Below, one piece after another: positions 29,946 to 40,500 of a stretch of DNA of 64,000 nt. A program made the translations under genes and the position numbers. Origin of the DNA: Gemmatimonadales bacterium. Lineage in GTDB: Bacteria; Gemmatimonadota; Gemmatimonadetes; Gemmatimonadales; GWC2-71-9. The notes beneath the pieces were generated by a model. The model saw nothing but the letters and a program-made list of their open reading frames with translations. It was not told the DNA's origin and made no database searches. Positions within the stretch are counted from its first letter, which is position 1, and each line of letters begins with the position of its first letter. Location: assembly GCA_037189525.1 (NCBI GenBank), contig JBBCJC010000001.1:608001-672000 (forward strand), given 5' to 3'.

Positions 29946-31442
29946 ATGATTTCGCCCCTTCGTCGCCTCACCGGACTCGGCATCTTGGTTGCCGCGACCG
30001 CGTCGACCGTATCAGCCGCCCCGATCCAACCTCGGCCGGACCCATTCGATTCGGTTCGAGCCTCGGTTCGCCGGGTCATGGCCGAGCGCAAAATTCCCTC
30101 GGTGGCCATCGCGGCAATTCGCGACGGGCGGATCGTCTGGGAGGAAGGATTCGGCTGGGCCGATCAGGAGCGGAAGGTCGCCGCGACGTCGGCGACAATG
30201 TACTCGCTGGCGTCGATTTCGAAACCGGTCACCGGCACGGGGCTGATGCTGCTGGTGCAGCAGGGCAAGGTGAACCTCGACGCGCCCGCCAACGACTACC
30301 TCGAGGATGCCCCGCTGACGGCTCGCGAGGGACGCGCCGCCGATGCGACCGTGCGCCGAGTGGCGAACCATACCTCGGGACTGCCGCTGCACTACCAGTT
30401 CTTCTATCACGATCGGCCACCGGCGCGCCCTTCGATGGACGACGCCATCCGGCACTACGGCTTTCTCGCCGCGCCGCCCGGTACGCAGTTCACCTATTCA
30501 AACCTCGGCTACGGCGTCCTCGAGCGGATCATCGAACGGGTGTCCGGCCGACCCTACGACGCCTTTCTGCGCGACGAGGTCTTCACCCCGCTCGGCCTGA
30601 GCCGGATGGCCGTGGTGACCGGGCCGATCACCGGCGACTCCGTCGCGACACGCTACGACGCCGAGCGGAATCCGATTCCCTGGTACGACTTCGACCACCG
30701 CGGCGCCTCCGCCGTCTATGCCAGCGCCCGCGACCTGGCGCGCTACGGCAACTACCATCTCGGCCTCATGACGCAGGGGCAGCGTCAGATTCTCACTCCG
30801 GAAACGCGCGCGGTCATGCTGCGGCCGACCTCTCGTCGCGCGGAAACCGTGGGTTATGGTGTGGGCTGGCAGACCTTCGAAGACGACTACGGCCACCTGG
30901 CGCAGGGACATTCCGGCGGTATGCCCGGCGTCGCGACCTCGCTCAGGATCTACCCGGAGTCCAAGGTGGTTGTGGTCGTACTGATCAATGCTGCGGAAGG
31001 CGGTACGGTCGCGCGACTGGCATCCGAGGTCGCGGCGGCGCTGATGCCGCGCTACGCCGAACGGCTTCGCGCCGCCAGACCGGACTCCACGACAACGCCA
31101 CGATTTACTCCCGGTGCGGAGCTGGCGGGTAAATGGAGCGGCACCGTCACCACCTGGCAGGGCACTGTACCGATCAGCCTCATGATCGAGGCGGACGGCG
31201 CCGCCCGCGCCGCGATCGGAACGGGCGCACCCGCGAATGTCGAACGGTTCCGCCTGCAGAACGGCCGGCTGACCGGAACCGTCGCCGCGACGGTCCCGAC
31301 GCCCGACGCGTCACGCACCTCCCACAACGTGATGCTCGACCTCCGGCTCCACGACGGCGGGCTGAGCGGTTGGGTCTCTGCGATGGCGCCCGACCTGTTC
31401 GCGCTGTCCTCTTACGCAGCGCTCAAGCGCGAATCGCGCTGA
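29946..31442 (+). CDS. Secreted serine hydrolase (beta-lactamase fold) with C-terminal domain
   Basis: SISK, HTSG, YSN, HSGG; signal peptide; upstream TTGTCC-18-TATCGT and GGAG. Confidence 0.87.
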   Translation: MISPLRRLTGLGILVAATASTVSAAPIQPRPDPFDSVRASVRRVMAERKIPSVAIAAIRDGRIVWEEGFGWADQERKVAATSATMYSLASISKPVTGTGLMLLVQQGKVNLDAPANDYLEDAPLTAREGRAADATVRRVANHTSGLPLHYQFFYHDRPPARPSMDDAIRHYGFLAAPPGTQFTYSNLGYGVLERIIERVSGRPYDAFLRDEVFTPLGLSRMAVVTGPITGDSVATRYDAERNPIPWYDFDHRGASAVYASARDLARYGNYHLGLMTQGQRQILTPETRAVMLRPTSRRAETVGYGVGWQTFEDDYGHLAQGHSGGMPGVATSLRIYPESKVVVVVLINAAEGGTVARLASEVAAALMPRYAERLRAARPDSTTTPRFTPGAELAGKWSGTVTTWQGTVPISLMIEADGAARAAIGTGAPANVERFRLQNGRLTGTVAATVPTPDASRTSHNVMLDLRLHDGGLSGWVSAMAPDLFALSSYAALKRESR

Positions 31443-31499
31443 AGCGGTCAGCTCCGCGAGCCCGTAAGCCAAGCTCGCGGAGCACCGCTGCACGTTCCA

Positions 31500-32036
31500 T
31501 CAGTTGCGGCGCGTGATCTCGAAGAGAAACCAGGCCCGCTTCTCCGCCTCATCGATCCAGTTCTCGAGCAGGCTCGCGCTCGCGACATCGCCATGCTCGT
31601 CGCAGATGTCATGCGCCTCCCGCATCCGGCTGGTGAGCGATTTGTTGTCCTCGCACAGTTCGGCCAGCATTTCGTGCGGCTCGACGAAATCGGCGTCGTT
31701 GTCGAGAATCCGCTGCAATCGGGCAATCTGTCCGATCGACTTGATCGTTTCTCCACCGATCTTCCGAACCCGTTCGGCCATCGGGTCGGTTATCGCCAGC
31801 AACTCCGCCCCGTGCACATCGAGCAGCTCGTGATAGTCGCGGAAGGAGGGCCCGCTCATGTGCCAGTGGTAGTTCTTGACCTTGAGATAGAGGGCAAAGG
31901 TATCGGCCAGCAGGGCGTTCAGCGCAGCGCTCACGTCGCGCGTCGCTGCGGCACTCAGGTCGGTCGGAGTCGCAAGCGGCGCTTTGCGCCGACCCTTGAG
32001 ACTGGTGATCTGGCTCGATGACAGTGTCTTCGGCAT
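31500..32036 (-). CDS. dps: DNA starvation/stationary phase protection protein Dps
   Basis: LYLKVKNYHWHMSGPSFRDYHELLD, DPMAERVR, EKRAWFL. Confidence 0.93.
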   Translation of the reverse strand: MPKTLSSSQITSLKGRRKAPLATPTDLSAAATRDVSAALNALLADTFALYLKVKNYHWHMSGPSFRDYHELLDVHGAELLAITDPMAERVRKIGGETIKSIGQIARLQRILDNDADFVEPHEMLAELCEDNKSLTSRMREAHDICDEHGDVASASLLENWIDEAEKRAWFLFEITRRN

Positions 32037-32200
32037 GGTTCGCTCCTCTCAGAAAATGACAGATGCGTTTCCCTTCCAAGCTCTCGCCCTCCAGCCAGGA
32101 ATGCAAAGTGGCGGCATTCATTCAAACACGACTCGAAAAGTCGGACTTGATGACTGGTGTAGCTGCAGTTGGAGACGTTGCACCCTATGTTTGCGTCACT

Positions 32201-33481
32201 ATGCCAGCTGCCTGCTCCCGTCCGGTCGAGACTTTCGCCCTCCTGATCGCGACGGCGATCGGCGCCGGATGTCATTCCCAGCCGCCGGAAACGTCACCGT
32301 CCCCGGCCTCGCCCGGCCTGGCGCGGGGAATCGCCGAGGCGGACTCGATCCTCACCGCCGCGATGGGAACGAGTACGGCCGGCGCAGTGCTCGTGGTCGG
32401 CCGGAACGGAGCTATCGTGGCCGAGCGCGCCTATGGGCATGCCCGGCTGAACGATTCGTTAGGCGCGCCCCTCGCCCGTCCGCAGCCGATGCGAACCCGA
32501 ACCGTGTTCGACGTGGCCTCCGTCACCAAAGTGCTGGCGACGACGATGGGCGTGATGTTGCTGGTCGATCGGGGCACAGTCGAACTGGACGCGCCCGTCC
32601 ACCGCTACCTGCGCGAGTTTCGCGGGCCGCACCTCGACAGCATCACGGTCCGCCACCTGCTGACCCACAGTTCGGGTCTGGTCCAGTGGCAGCCCTTGTA
32701 CTATCACGCCGCGACACCGCGACAAACCTACGATGTGATCCGATCGATGCCGCTCGGCACCGGCGTGGGCGCCGAACGCCGCTACAGCGATCTGGGCTTC
32801 ATGCTACTCGGCTATCTGATCGAGCAGGTCACCGGACAATCGTTGCCGGACTTTCTGCAGCAGGAGTTCTACGGCCCGCTCGGCCTCCGTTCCACCGGTT
32901 TCACGCCGAGTCGGCACAACGTCGAGTTCGCGACGACCGAGACGGGTAACGGATACGAACGGCAGATGGTCTACGACTCGGCCTTCGGCTACGAGTACCG
33001 GGGTGATCCGACGGCCTGGAACGGCTGGCGGAACTATCCGCTCGAGGGCGAAGTGAACGACGGCAATTCCTGGTACGCCCATGGGGGAGTCGCCGGCCAC
33101 GCAGGCCTCTTCTCGACCGGCGCCGAGCTGCAGGTCCTGGTGCAGCTGCTGCTCGATCGCGGCGAGTCAGGCGGTCGGCGCTACCTGCGCGCGGAGACGA
33201 TCGATGCGTTCATGACCCGGGATCGATTCGGGCATATGGTGGGGTGGGCGGCTCCGGACGACGCTCCGGCCGGCAGTTTTGCGCATACCGGCTTTACCGG
33301 GACGTACGTGCTCGGGATACCGGAATACGGTCTCTCCATCATCCTGCTGACCAACCGGCAGCATCTGGGACGAAATTCGCGTGGCTACTTCCCCGACGTC
33401 ACGCCCCTCCGGCGCGCCGTGGTCCGGGCCCTGCTCGCCGGCGCCAAGAATGACGCCGGCGGCAGCACCCCGGATCGTTAG
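32201..33481 (+). CDS. Serine hydrolase (AmiE/beta-lactamase-like) lipoprotein
   Basis: SVTK, LLTHSSG, YSDLGF, GEVNDGN, GHAGLFS, HTGFTG; IGAGC lipobox. Confidence 0.87.
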   Translation: MPAACSRPVETFALLIATAIGAGCHSQPPETSPSPASPGLARGIAEADSILTAAMGTSTAGAVLVVGRNGAIVAERAYGHARLNDSLGAPLARPQPMRTRTVFDVASVTKVLATTMGVMLLVDRGTVELDAPVHRYLREFRGPHLDSITVRHLLTHSSGLVQWQPLYYHAATPRQTYDVIRSMPLGTGVGAERRYSDLGFMLLGYLIEQVTGQSLPDFLQQEFYGPLGLRSTGFTPSRHNVEFATTETGNGYERQMVYDSAFGYEYRGDPTAWNGWRNYPLEGEVNDGNSWYAHGGVAGHAGLFSTGAELQVLVQLLLDRGESGGRRYLRAETIDAFMTRDRFGHMVGWAAPDDAPAGSFAHTGFTGTYVLGIPEYGLSIILLTNRQHLGRNSRGYFPDVTPLRRAVVRALLAGAKNDAGGSTPDR

Positions 33482-35232
33482 GGCTGCCAGTACCTCGTCC
33501 GGTTGGCCGATCCGAAACGAGTGACTTCGAGCAGCGACTTGGGCTGCTCGGTCAGCACCCGCATCATGGGAACCCGCTGGCGCTGTGACAGCATCGCATC
33601 GGCGCGGCGCTCCAGCTGAGCCCGCTGCGCCTCGGTCAAGGCTCCGCTATCCGTATCGCCCAGCAGTTCGCGAATCGCTTCGTCACGGGTTGTGGGTGTC
33701 ACCCGCAGCACGTTGTCGGTATAGCCCCAGGTAATCAGGTTGTCGTCCGTTTCCGGCTCGAGCAGGTAGGAAACCAGCCGCCCTTTGGCCTGCGCGGTAC
33801 TGATGTAGTACCAACCGGCCGGCACTTCCACCCGCTCCATCTTCTTCTCGACCCCGGCGACTTCCCGGAGATAATGCCCCTGGAAGTACGGACCGCGCCG
33901 AATCCCGGTCGCATCGTACACTTCGAGTTCCAGGCTCGCCGGAGCCGAGAAGCGGTGCACCTGGATGCCGTGATCCAGCAGCAGGGGGACGACTTTGGCA
34001 ATCGACGCGGGCAGCACGTACCCGCGCGGGCGCGGCACCGTGCGGGTCACGTTGTACCGCAGCCAGACCGGCACCGTCTCCTGCCGGTAACTCGGCAGAC
34101 TGTCTGCGCCGCGATCGCCCGGCATCCAGACGGGTTCCGACCCGCGGGACACCAGTTCATACCCGACCACCACCTGATCCCGCGCGCTCGGCGCAAGACC
34201 GGCGTTGATGGCGCGTGACCGGGCCGCCGAAGTCAGTGCGCGAATCGTGCTCCGCTGCCTGGCGGCGTGCGTCAGCACCGTGCGCATTCCGATCACCTGT
34301 CCACGAACCTGATGGAAGTAGCGTTCCGCCAGGGGGATCGTCTCGACCACACCGTTGCGGACCCGATGGGTACTGGACGGCGTCTCGAACAACATCCCGA
34401 TCGAGTTGACCAATCCGGTGTAGACGTGATGCTTCCGCGCTTCGACCGACGTCGATCCCCAGCCGCGAACCCCGTCCCGCGTCTGCGGTCCGGAATAATC
34501 GAAACCGTCGTAACCTTCGACTTGCAACGCCTTCCGAATTTCGGGGAAGATGGTCGCGTACGGGTAGGTCCGCAGCGCTGAATCGGCCGCGGGGTTGAGC
34601 GTACCCTGCCAGGTCAGCGTGTAGGGCGCCGCGCCGCCGTGATGGGTATCGATATGGATATCGGGCGTCCACTCGTTCATCACCTGGGTGACCAGCGCGT
34701 AGATCTCCTGCGACTCGAGCTTGAGGTAGTCCCGGTTCATATCGAACCCCTCCTCATTGGTCCGGCGGCGAGCCTCTCCGCCGTCCGGATTGATGAGGGG
34801 GACGAACAGGACGATCACGCTGTCGAGCAGATGGCGCAGGTCGCCGGACACGAGGTCGCGCGCCACCAGCTGCGAAGCCTCCTTGCCTGCTGGTTCGTTG
34901 CCGTGCACCGCATTGGCAATCAGCACGATGGTCTTGCCGGAACGGAGTGCATCCTGCGGCGAAGCAATCGGCTCCTTGGCAACCGTCACGAGCGTGAACT
35001 CTCGGCCGAGCAGCGTGCGCGTGAGCGGGCGGATACTGACCTGATCGCTGACGCGGTCGAGTTCGTACCAGAACCGCATCAGCGGCTCGAATGGCGTCGG
35101 ACCGGCCTTGAACCCCTGCTCCTCCTGCCAGGTACGCGGCCCCTGTTGCGCCAGGACCGGCACAGCCGACGCCGCAGCGACCATGGACAATATTCCGGCA
35201 GTGACCAAACGACGGTGCAAACGATGCGTCAT
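33478..35232 (-). CDS. M14 zinc carboxypeptidase family protein
   Basis: Signal peptide; HGNE, NPDG, DMNRD, DTHH, FETP. Confidence 0.85.
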   Translation of the reverse strand: MTHRLHRRLVTAGILSMVAAASAVPVLAQQGPRTWQEEQGFKAGPTPFEPLMRFWYELDRVSDQVSIRPLTRTLLGREFTLVTVAKEPIASPQDALRSGKTIVLIANAVHGNEPAGKEASQLVARDLVSGDLRHLLDSVIVLFVPLINPDGGEARRRTNEEGFDMNRDYLKLESQEIYALVTQVMNEWTPDIHIDTHHGGAAPYTLTWQGTLNPAADSALRTYPYATIFPEIRKALQVEGYDGFDYSGPQTRDGVRGWGSTSVEARKHHVYTGLVNSIGMLFETPSSTHRVRNGVVETIPLAERYFHQVRGQVIGMRTVLTHAARQRSTIRALTSAARSRAINAGLAPSARDQVVVGYELVSRGSEPVWMPGDRGADSLPSYRQETVPVWLRYNVTRTVPRPRGYVLPASIAKVVPLLLDHGIQVHRFSAPASLELEVYDATGIRRGPYFQGHYLREVAGVEKKMERVEVPAGWYYISTAQAKGRLVSYLLEPETDDNLITWGYTDNVLRVTPTTRDEAIRELLGDTDSGALTEAQRAQLERRADAMLSQRQRVPMMRVLTEQPKSLLEVTRFGSANRTRYWQP

Positions 35233-35310
35233 GGCGTAAAGCCCCGTAGTGACTGGAGAAGTTTCAAAGTATCGGACAGCGACGACCGGACGGAAGGGCT
35301 TAACGCGCCT

Positions 35311-37572
35311 TCAGCGGACCACGTCGATGACGACCTGATCGGTCTCGGAACCCGAAACGGCGCGAATCCGATGGGTGCCGACCGTCAGCGGCAAGCGGCT
35401 GGCCCTGGTCTCGACACCGTCGACATACCAGCGCACTGCCGCAGCGCCGCCTGCTGCGCGCAAACCGACTGTGGCGTAGGCGGTGTCCACACCGGGGACG
35501 AAGCGATAGCGGTCGCCGTTGCGAGGCGAGGTGATCCGGAATCCGGCGGCGACCGGATCAGTGCTGGCCCGGACCACGCCGGCAGCCACCACCGCGTTGC
35601 CGGCCATACTCCGGCTGGCCCACTCGACATACTCCGTCGGCAAACGAACTCCCGCCGCGCTGAACCAGCTGTCCGGCGACGGCTCGCGCCCGGGCACGAA
35701 CCACTCCGTCAAGGCCGGACAACCGTTGCCCGCTTGCCCGCCCGACAGACGGCACACCTCGACCGGAACGAGCCCTACGTCAGCCGGAGTAGGCAACACG
35801 CCAGGTGCGTATCGCGCGGCAACCGCCGTCACGGCGCGCTGGAGCAACGGCCCCGCGCCGGTCATTCCGCTGGCCCCCTGCAGCGGGCGACCGCTGAAAT
35901 TCCCGACCCAGACGGCCACCGTGAACCCCGCCGTGGTCGCCACCGCCCAGTTATCGGTAAAGTGGCGGCTGGTGCCCGTTTTGGCGGCCGCCGGAAAGGG
36001 AAACTCCAGCGGTGTCGACGGTCCGAACCCCGGCAACCGGGCCTCCGGGTCCGCCAGGATGTCGAGGATCTGAACCGCGGCCTCGGTGCTGATGACCCGG
36101 ACCTCATCGCCGCGGGCGGGGCCACCGTCGACTGCCCGCCAACCGACCGGACGCCAGAGACCGCCATTGGCCAGCGCCCGGTAGGCGTTGGCCAACTCGA
36201 GCAGCGTAACGTCGCCGTTGCCTAACGCCAGGCCCAGTCCGTAGTGGTCGGCACGCCTGGTCAGGCTGGCAAATCCGGCGCGATGGAGCGTATTCAGCAA
36301 GGGAGCGACCCCGACCGCGGAGGCGAGCCCCACGGCCGGCACGTTGTAGCTGGATGCGAGCGCCTCGCGAAACCGGACCGGACCGCGGTAGCGCCGATCA
36401 TAGTTGCGCGGCGCATACGGACCACTCGCAGTCGGGTAGACGGTCGCGACGTCGGCCAGAATGCTGGCGGAGGTATAGCCCTGATCCAATGCCAGCCCGT
36501 AGAGAAACGGCTTGAGCGTCGATCCCGGCTGCCGCGCCGACACCACCATGTCGACCTGCCCCGCTTCGGCCGCAAAGAAGTCGGGCGACCCCACCCAGGC
36601 CAGGATCTCACCGGTTCGGTTATCGAGCGCCACCACGGCCGCATGCTCCGCACCGTACCCCCGCATCTGCGCCACGGTATGACGAACCTCGGCCTCGACC
36701 GCCTGTTCCAGAACCGGATCGAGCGAAGTCCGAACCGTGCCCAGCAAACGAAGCGTATCGGCGCGGCGGAGCAGCCAGCTGGTAAAGTGGGGCGCCAGAA
36801 AGCGCGGCGCGCTCCCGCTACCCTGGCCGGGCTCCAACCTGGCCCGGGCCAGATCGGCCGGGAGCGCCAGCCGGTTCGCCTCCAGACGATCGAGCACCCG
36901 ATTGCGACGAGTCTCGGCGCGCGAGAGCGAGACCAGCGGATTGTCGCGACTCGGGGCGTGCGCCAGCCCCGCAAGCATGGCCGCCTGCGCCAGACTCAGA
37001 TCGCTCGCGGGCATCCCGAAGTAGAGCCGCGACGCCGCATCGACCCCAACGGCGCCCTGACCGAGCGGAACCCGGTTGAGATACTGCTCGAGAATTTCCT
37101 GCTTCGTCAGCTGCCGATCGAGCCGAAGCGCCCAGAGTCCTTGCGATATCTTGCCGGTCCAACGCCGAGACGATCCGGTCACCAGCCGCGCCAACTGCAT
37201 CGTGATGGTCGACGCACCGGACACCACGCGCCGAGCGGACAGATTCTGCCGGGTGGCCCGAAGCAACGCGGCGGGATCGACGCCGTGATGTTCGTAGAAG
37301 CGCCGATCTTCGGCCGCGACGAACGCCACCATCAGATCGGGATCGACCTCTGCGAGCGGGATCCAACGCCGCCGGCTCCCGTCGCCCGCGCGCGTGGCGC
37401 GGAGCGGCGATCCGTCCCGCGCCAGCAGCACAATCTCATCACCCGATGGTGGCGCAAGCCGGGCAGGATCGACCGGCCAATGGACCCAGCCCGCCAGCGC
37501 CAGCAGAGCCAGCCCCGACATTCGGGCCAGCCGCCGGAGCCGGCGCGGACGGACTCGGCGCGGATAGCTCAC
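35311..37572 (-). CDS. pbpC: Penicillin-binding protein 1C
   Basis: EDRRFYEHHGVD, GASTITMQLAR, STLK, SYN, KTG; overlaps the A2M stop. Confidence 0.92.
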   Translation of the reverse strand: MSYPRRVRPRRLRRLARMSGLALLALAGWVHWPVDPARLAPPSGDEIVLLARDGSPLRATRAGDGSRRRWIPLAEVDPDLMVAFVAAEDRRFYEHHGVDPAALLRATRQNLSARRVVSGASTITMQLARLVTGSSRRWTGKISQGLWALRLDRQLTKQEILEQYLNRVPLGQGAVGVDAASRLYFGMPASDLSLAQAAMLAGLAHAPSRDNPLVSLSRAETRRNRVLDRLEANRLALPADLARARLEPGQGSGSAPRFLAPHFTSWLLRRADTLRLLGTVRTSLDPVLEQAVEAEVRHTVAQMRGYGAEHAAVVALDNRTGEILAWVGSPDFFAAEAGQVDMVVSARQPGSTLKPFLYGLALDQGYTSASILADVATVYPTASGPYAPRNYDRRYRGPVRFREALASSYNVPAVGLASAVGVAPLLNTLHRAGFASLTRRADHYGLGLALGNGDVTLLELANAYRALANGGLWRPVGWRAVDGGPARGDEVRVISTEAAVQILDILADPEARLPGFGPSTPLEFPFPAAAKTGTSRHFTDNWAVATTAGFTVAVWVGNFSGRPLQGASGMTGAGPLLQRAVTAVAARYAPGVLPTPADVGLVPVEVCRLSGGQAGNGCPALTEWFVPGREPSPDSWFSAAGVRLPTEYVEWASRSMAGNAVVAAGVVRASTDPVAAGFRITSPRNGDRYRFVPGVDTAYATVGLRAAGGAAAVRWYVDGVETRASRLPLTVGTHRIRAVSGSETDQVVIDVVR

Positions 37573-40500
37573 GGCGTCCGCGCGGTCACCGTGAAGGTGC
37601 CGCCGTCACTCCGGCCAAACACCGCCGGGTTATACATCTCCTCCGCGTGGGCCTGCGGACGGATGAAGGTACCCGGCGTCGTGGCCCGGGCCAGATAGCT
37701 GGCGGTGTAACTGCCGCCCCAGAGGAGCCGCGCGGCATAGACCACCCGGTCGTCTCGCAACTCCCGATGATCGAATGGCGACCACCAGCCGCTGTCCCAC
37801 GACCCGAAGCTCCAGCGGGGTGCGGCGACCTCGCCCTCCTGACCCGCCTGGTCCGCAGGTTCGGTCTGTCCCGGCCCACCGATGCCGCCTACCGTGCGGA
37901 GACTCAGATCGATGGCCTCGAGCCCGGCGGGCAGCGGATCGTCGAGTACCACGAACGACCGCTCGCTGGGCACCGTGACCCGGAGACGTACCCGGACCAG
38001 TTCGCCCTCCGCGATCGTGGTGATCGGCTTGCCGGTCCGGTAGTCCTCATACCAGCGCTCGACCCGGATACCGCGATCCTCCGGATTAACCGGCATCACC
38101 TTGGGTATCTCGGTCAGGGTGAGATAGAAGAACCCGGGATCGCCCGCGCCGCGCGCTGCGATTTCGAGCGGTAACGGCCCCGGCTTCCGCCCCCGGAGCA
38201 GGTCCCGCAAGCTGCGGGTCGAGTCTCCCGCAAACTGCCCACCAGGCGTGGCAAAGACGGTTCGACCACCGCTCCGGACTTCGAGCGGCCGGCGATTCGC
38301 CGCGGGGAACCGCCGCTGCCAGGCATCGATGGCGCGCACCGCCATGGTGTGATCCTGGGTGTTCCACCACTGCTCGGGGTCGCGCCGGCGGCCGCGGCCG
38401 ATCACCGTTTCCAAAAGCGGCGTCACCAGCGGATGGCTGGCATCCACGGCAAGCGTCGACAGCAACAGATAGGCCGGTGTCCGCACCGCCGACCGAATGT
38501 AGAAGCGGCTCTGGAGCGAATCCGGCAGACTCACCGTTCGGCCTTCGACCGACGCAAGCGCCCAGAACGGTTCGACGATGCGGCGCGCGGTGCGCTGATC
38601 GCCGGCCCGCGCCAGGGTCACGGCAAACCGCATCCGGTCCTCCGGCGGGAGCTGGCCGAGCCGCCGGATCAGTTCGTTCTCGAGGGGCTGATTCCGTTTG
38701 CCCGCTCGGCTCAGGAAGTCGGCAATGGCCACCCGTTCGGTCAGGCTGGCCCGGACTTCGGTGTCGCGGAGCCCCACGGTCAGCGCCATGCTCTCTTCAC
38801 GCTCGAGCGCACCGGTCAGGTAGCCCACCATCGCCGCGATCACCGTATCCGGAACCACGAAGCCCGCCGCGCGCGCCTCCAGCAGCACTTCCCCGGCATT
38901 GGCCGTCATCCACGGCGACGACCAGTCGGTCGCGCTCCAGAGCCCGATGGCGCCATCACTCCGCTGCCTGCGCACGATCAGGTCGAGCGCCCGCCTGGCC
39001 TCGCTCCGCAGCCGTACCGTGTCGCCCGCTTCGGCACCGGCCGTCACGCGCGCGCGGTAGAGCGCGATGAGCGGGAGCGCCACGGCGCTCATCTGTTCGG
39101 TGCAGAGGTACGGGTAGGCGCGCAAGTCGTCGGCGACCCCTCGCAGCAGCGCCAGCGGCGACGAGCCAAGACTCAAGGTCACGCGCGACCGGGCCGGATC
39201 GGCGTCGGGCGATACATCCAGCGTGACCTGCGCCGTGTCCTGGACCAGCCCGGCCACCACGGCCGTCCGAGGCCGGGAGGCCGATCGTACCGGAATTGCC
39301 AGCCGGACCGCGTCGCGATCACCGGCGCCGGACACATCGAAGCGGAACGCCGCGCTGTCGCCTTCGGAAGCCAGGAAGTCGAACCGCACCTCCCGTCCCC
39401 GCCCGGCTTCGAGCGACGCGCGCTGCTGTTTCCGGCCGGACAGACGGATGCCGGTGGCGTCGGCTTTGACCTCGACGGTCGGCGTACCGCCCACGCGATG
39501 GTTGACCACGACGCCCGCCGTAAAGCGATCGCCGGGACGCACGAAGCGCGGCAGCGACGGACGCGCCAGGAGCGGTCGCGTCACCAATAGTGGTGACTGG
39601 CCGCTGCCGAAACGGTCGCCGGCCGTGACCGCCACCGCCATGACGCGGAAGGTGGTGAGGTTATCGGGCAAGGTGACCGTCGCGGTACCCACGCCGTCGT
39701 CGCTCGTGAGGACGGAGCCCAGGAAGAAGGCGGTCGTCTTAAAGCGGGAGCGGAGGATGTCGGCCGCGCCCTCACCACCGCCGCCGCCGGGATTCCGGCC
39801 CTTGTCGCCCTGTTTCACCTGCGGAGCAACCGAGGTCAGGTTGCTCCCCATCCGGAGCCCCAGACCGCGCGGCTGATAGAGCAGGTCGATCGGGTCCGGC
39901 GTCTGGAAGCCGGTCAGCGACAGTACGCCTTCGTCGACCGCCCAGAGCGTCACCTCGCTTCGGGCGCCGCGACCGGCGTCCGTCACTGAGGCCGTGAAGA
40001 CGGCGCGATCGCCCGGCCGATACTCCTGCTTGTCCGCGGCAAGCGCCACGCCGAGCCGTTTGGGTTCCGGGGTGACCCGGACTTCGGCGTACCCGACCCG
40101 GATGGTGGGCCGTCCCGGATCGTCCAGCGGGCCGGGCGCGGCGCTCCGGCCGCGGGCAACCACGATCGACACGAACGCGTTAGGCGCCCAGGCTTCGGTG
40201 ACCGGGAGGCGCAACGTGGTCGCCCCGTCGGCAATCCTGATCCGGCGTTGCTCGATCACCCCTTCGCGCTCGACCGTGATCCACGCCTCGGCGTCGGTAA
40301 ACGGCGACGCGAACAGCACCGTGGCGGTGTCGCCCACCGTGTACCGGCTCCGGTCGGGGACTACGTCCATCTTGAACTGCGACTCGTCGGCCCAGGGCAC
40401 CCATCCGGGGCCCGTGACCCAGCGATAGAAGCTGGTCGCCACGTCGCGCCCGCCCGGATCACGCGCCGCAAACGCGACGATGTAACTACCGGCCTGCTTC

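Noticed and set aside
18562..31442. Apparent long fusion ORFs (18562-20358, 20398-22203, 24359-26113, 29034-31442)
   Set aside because: The N-terminal extensions are off-frame read-through of neighbouring genes; the real starts with signal peptides lie downstream.
20372..35303. Scattered RYYYAAC heptamers near gene ends (GCCTAAC, GTCTAAC, GCTTAAC) suggesting integron attC sites
   Set aside because: No matching GTTRRRY-closed hairpins, mixed gene orientation and no integrase.
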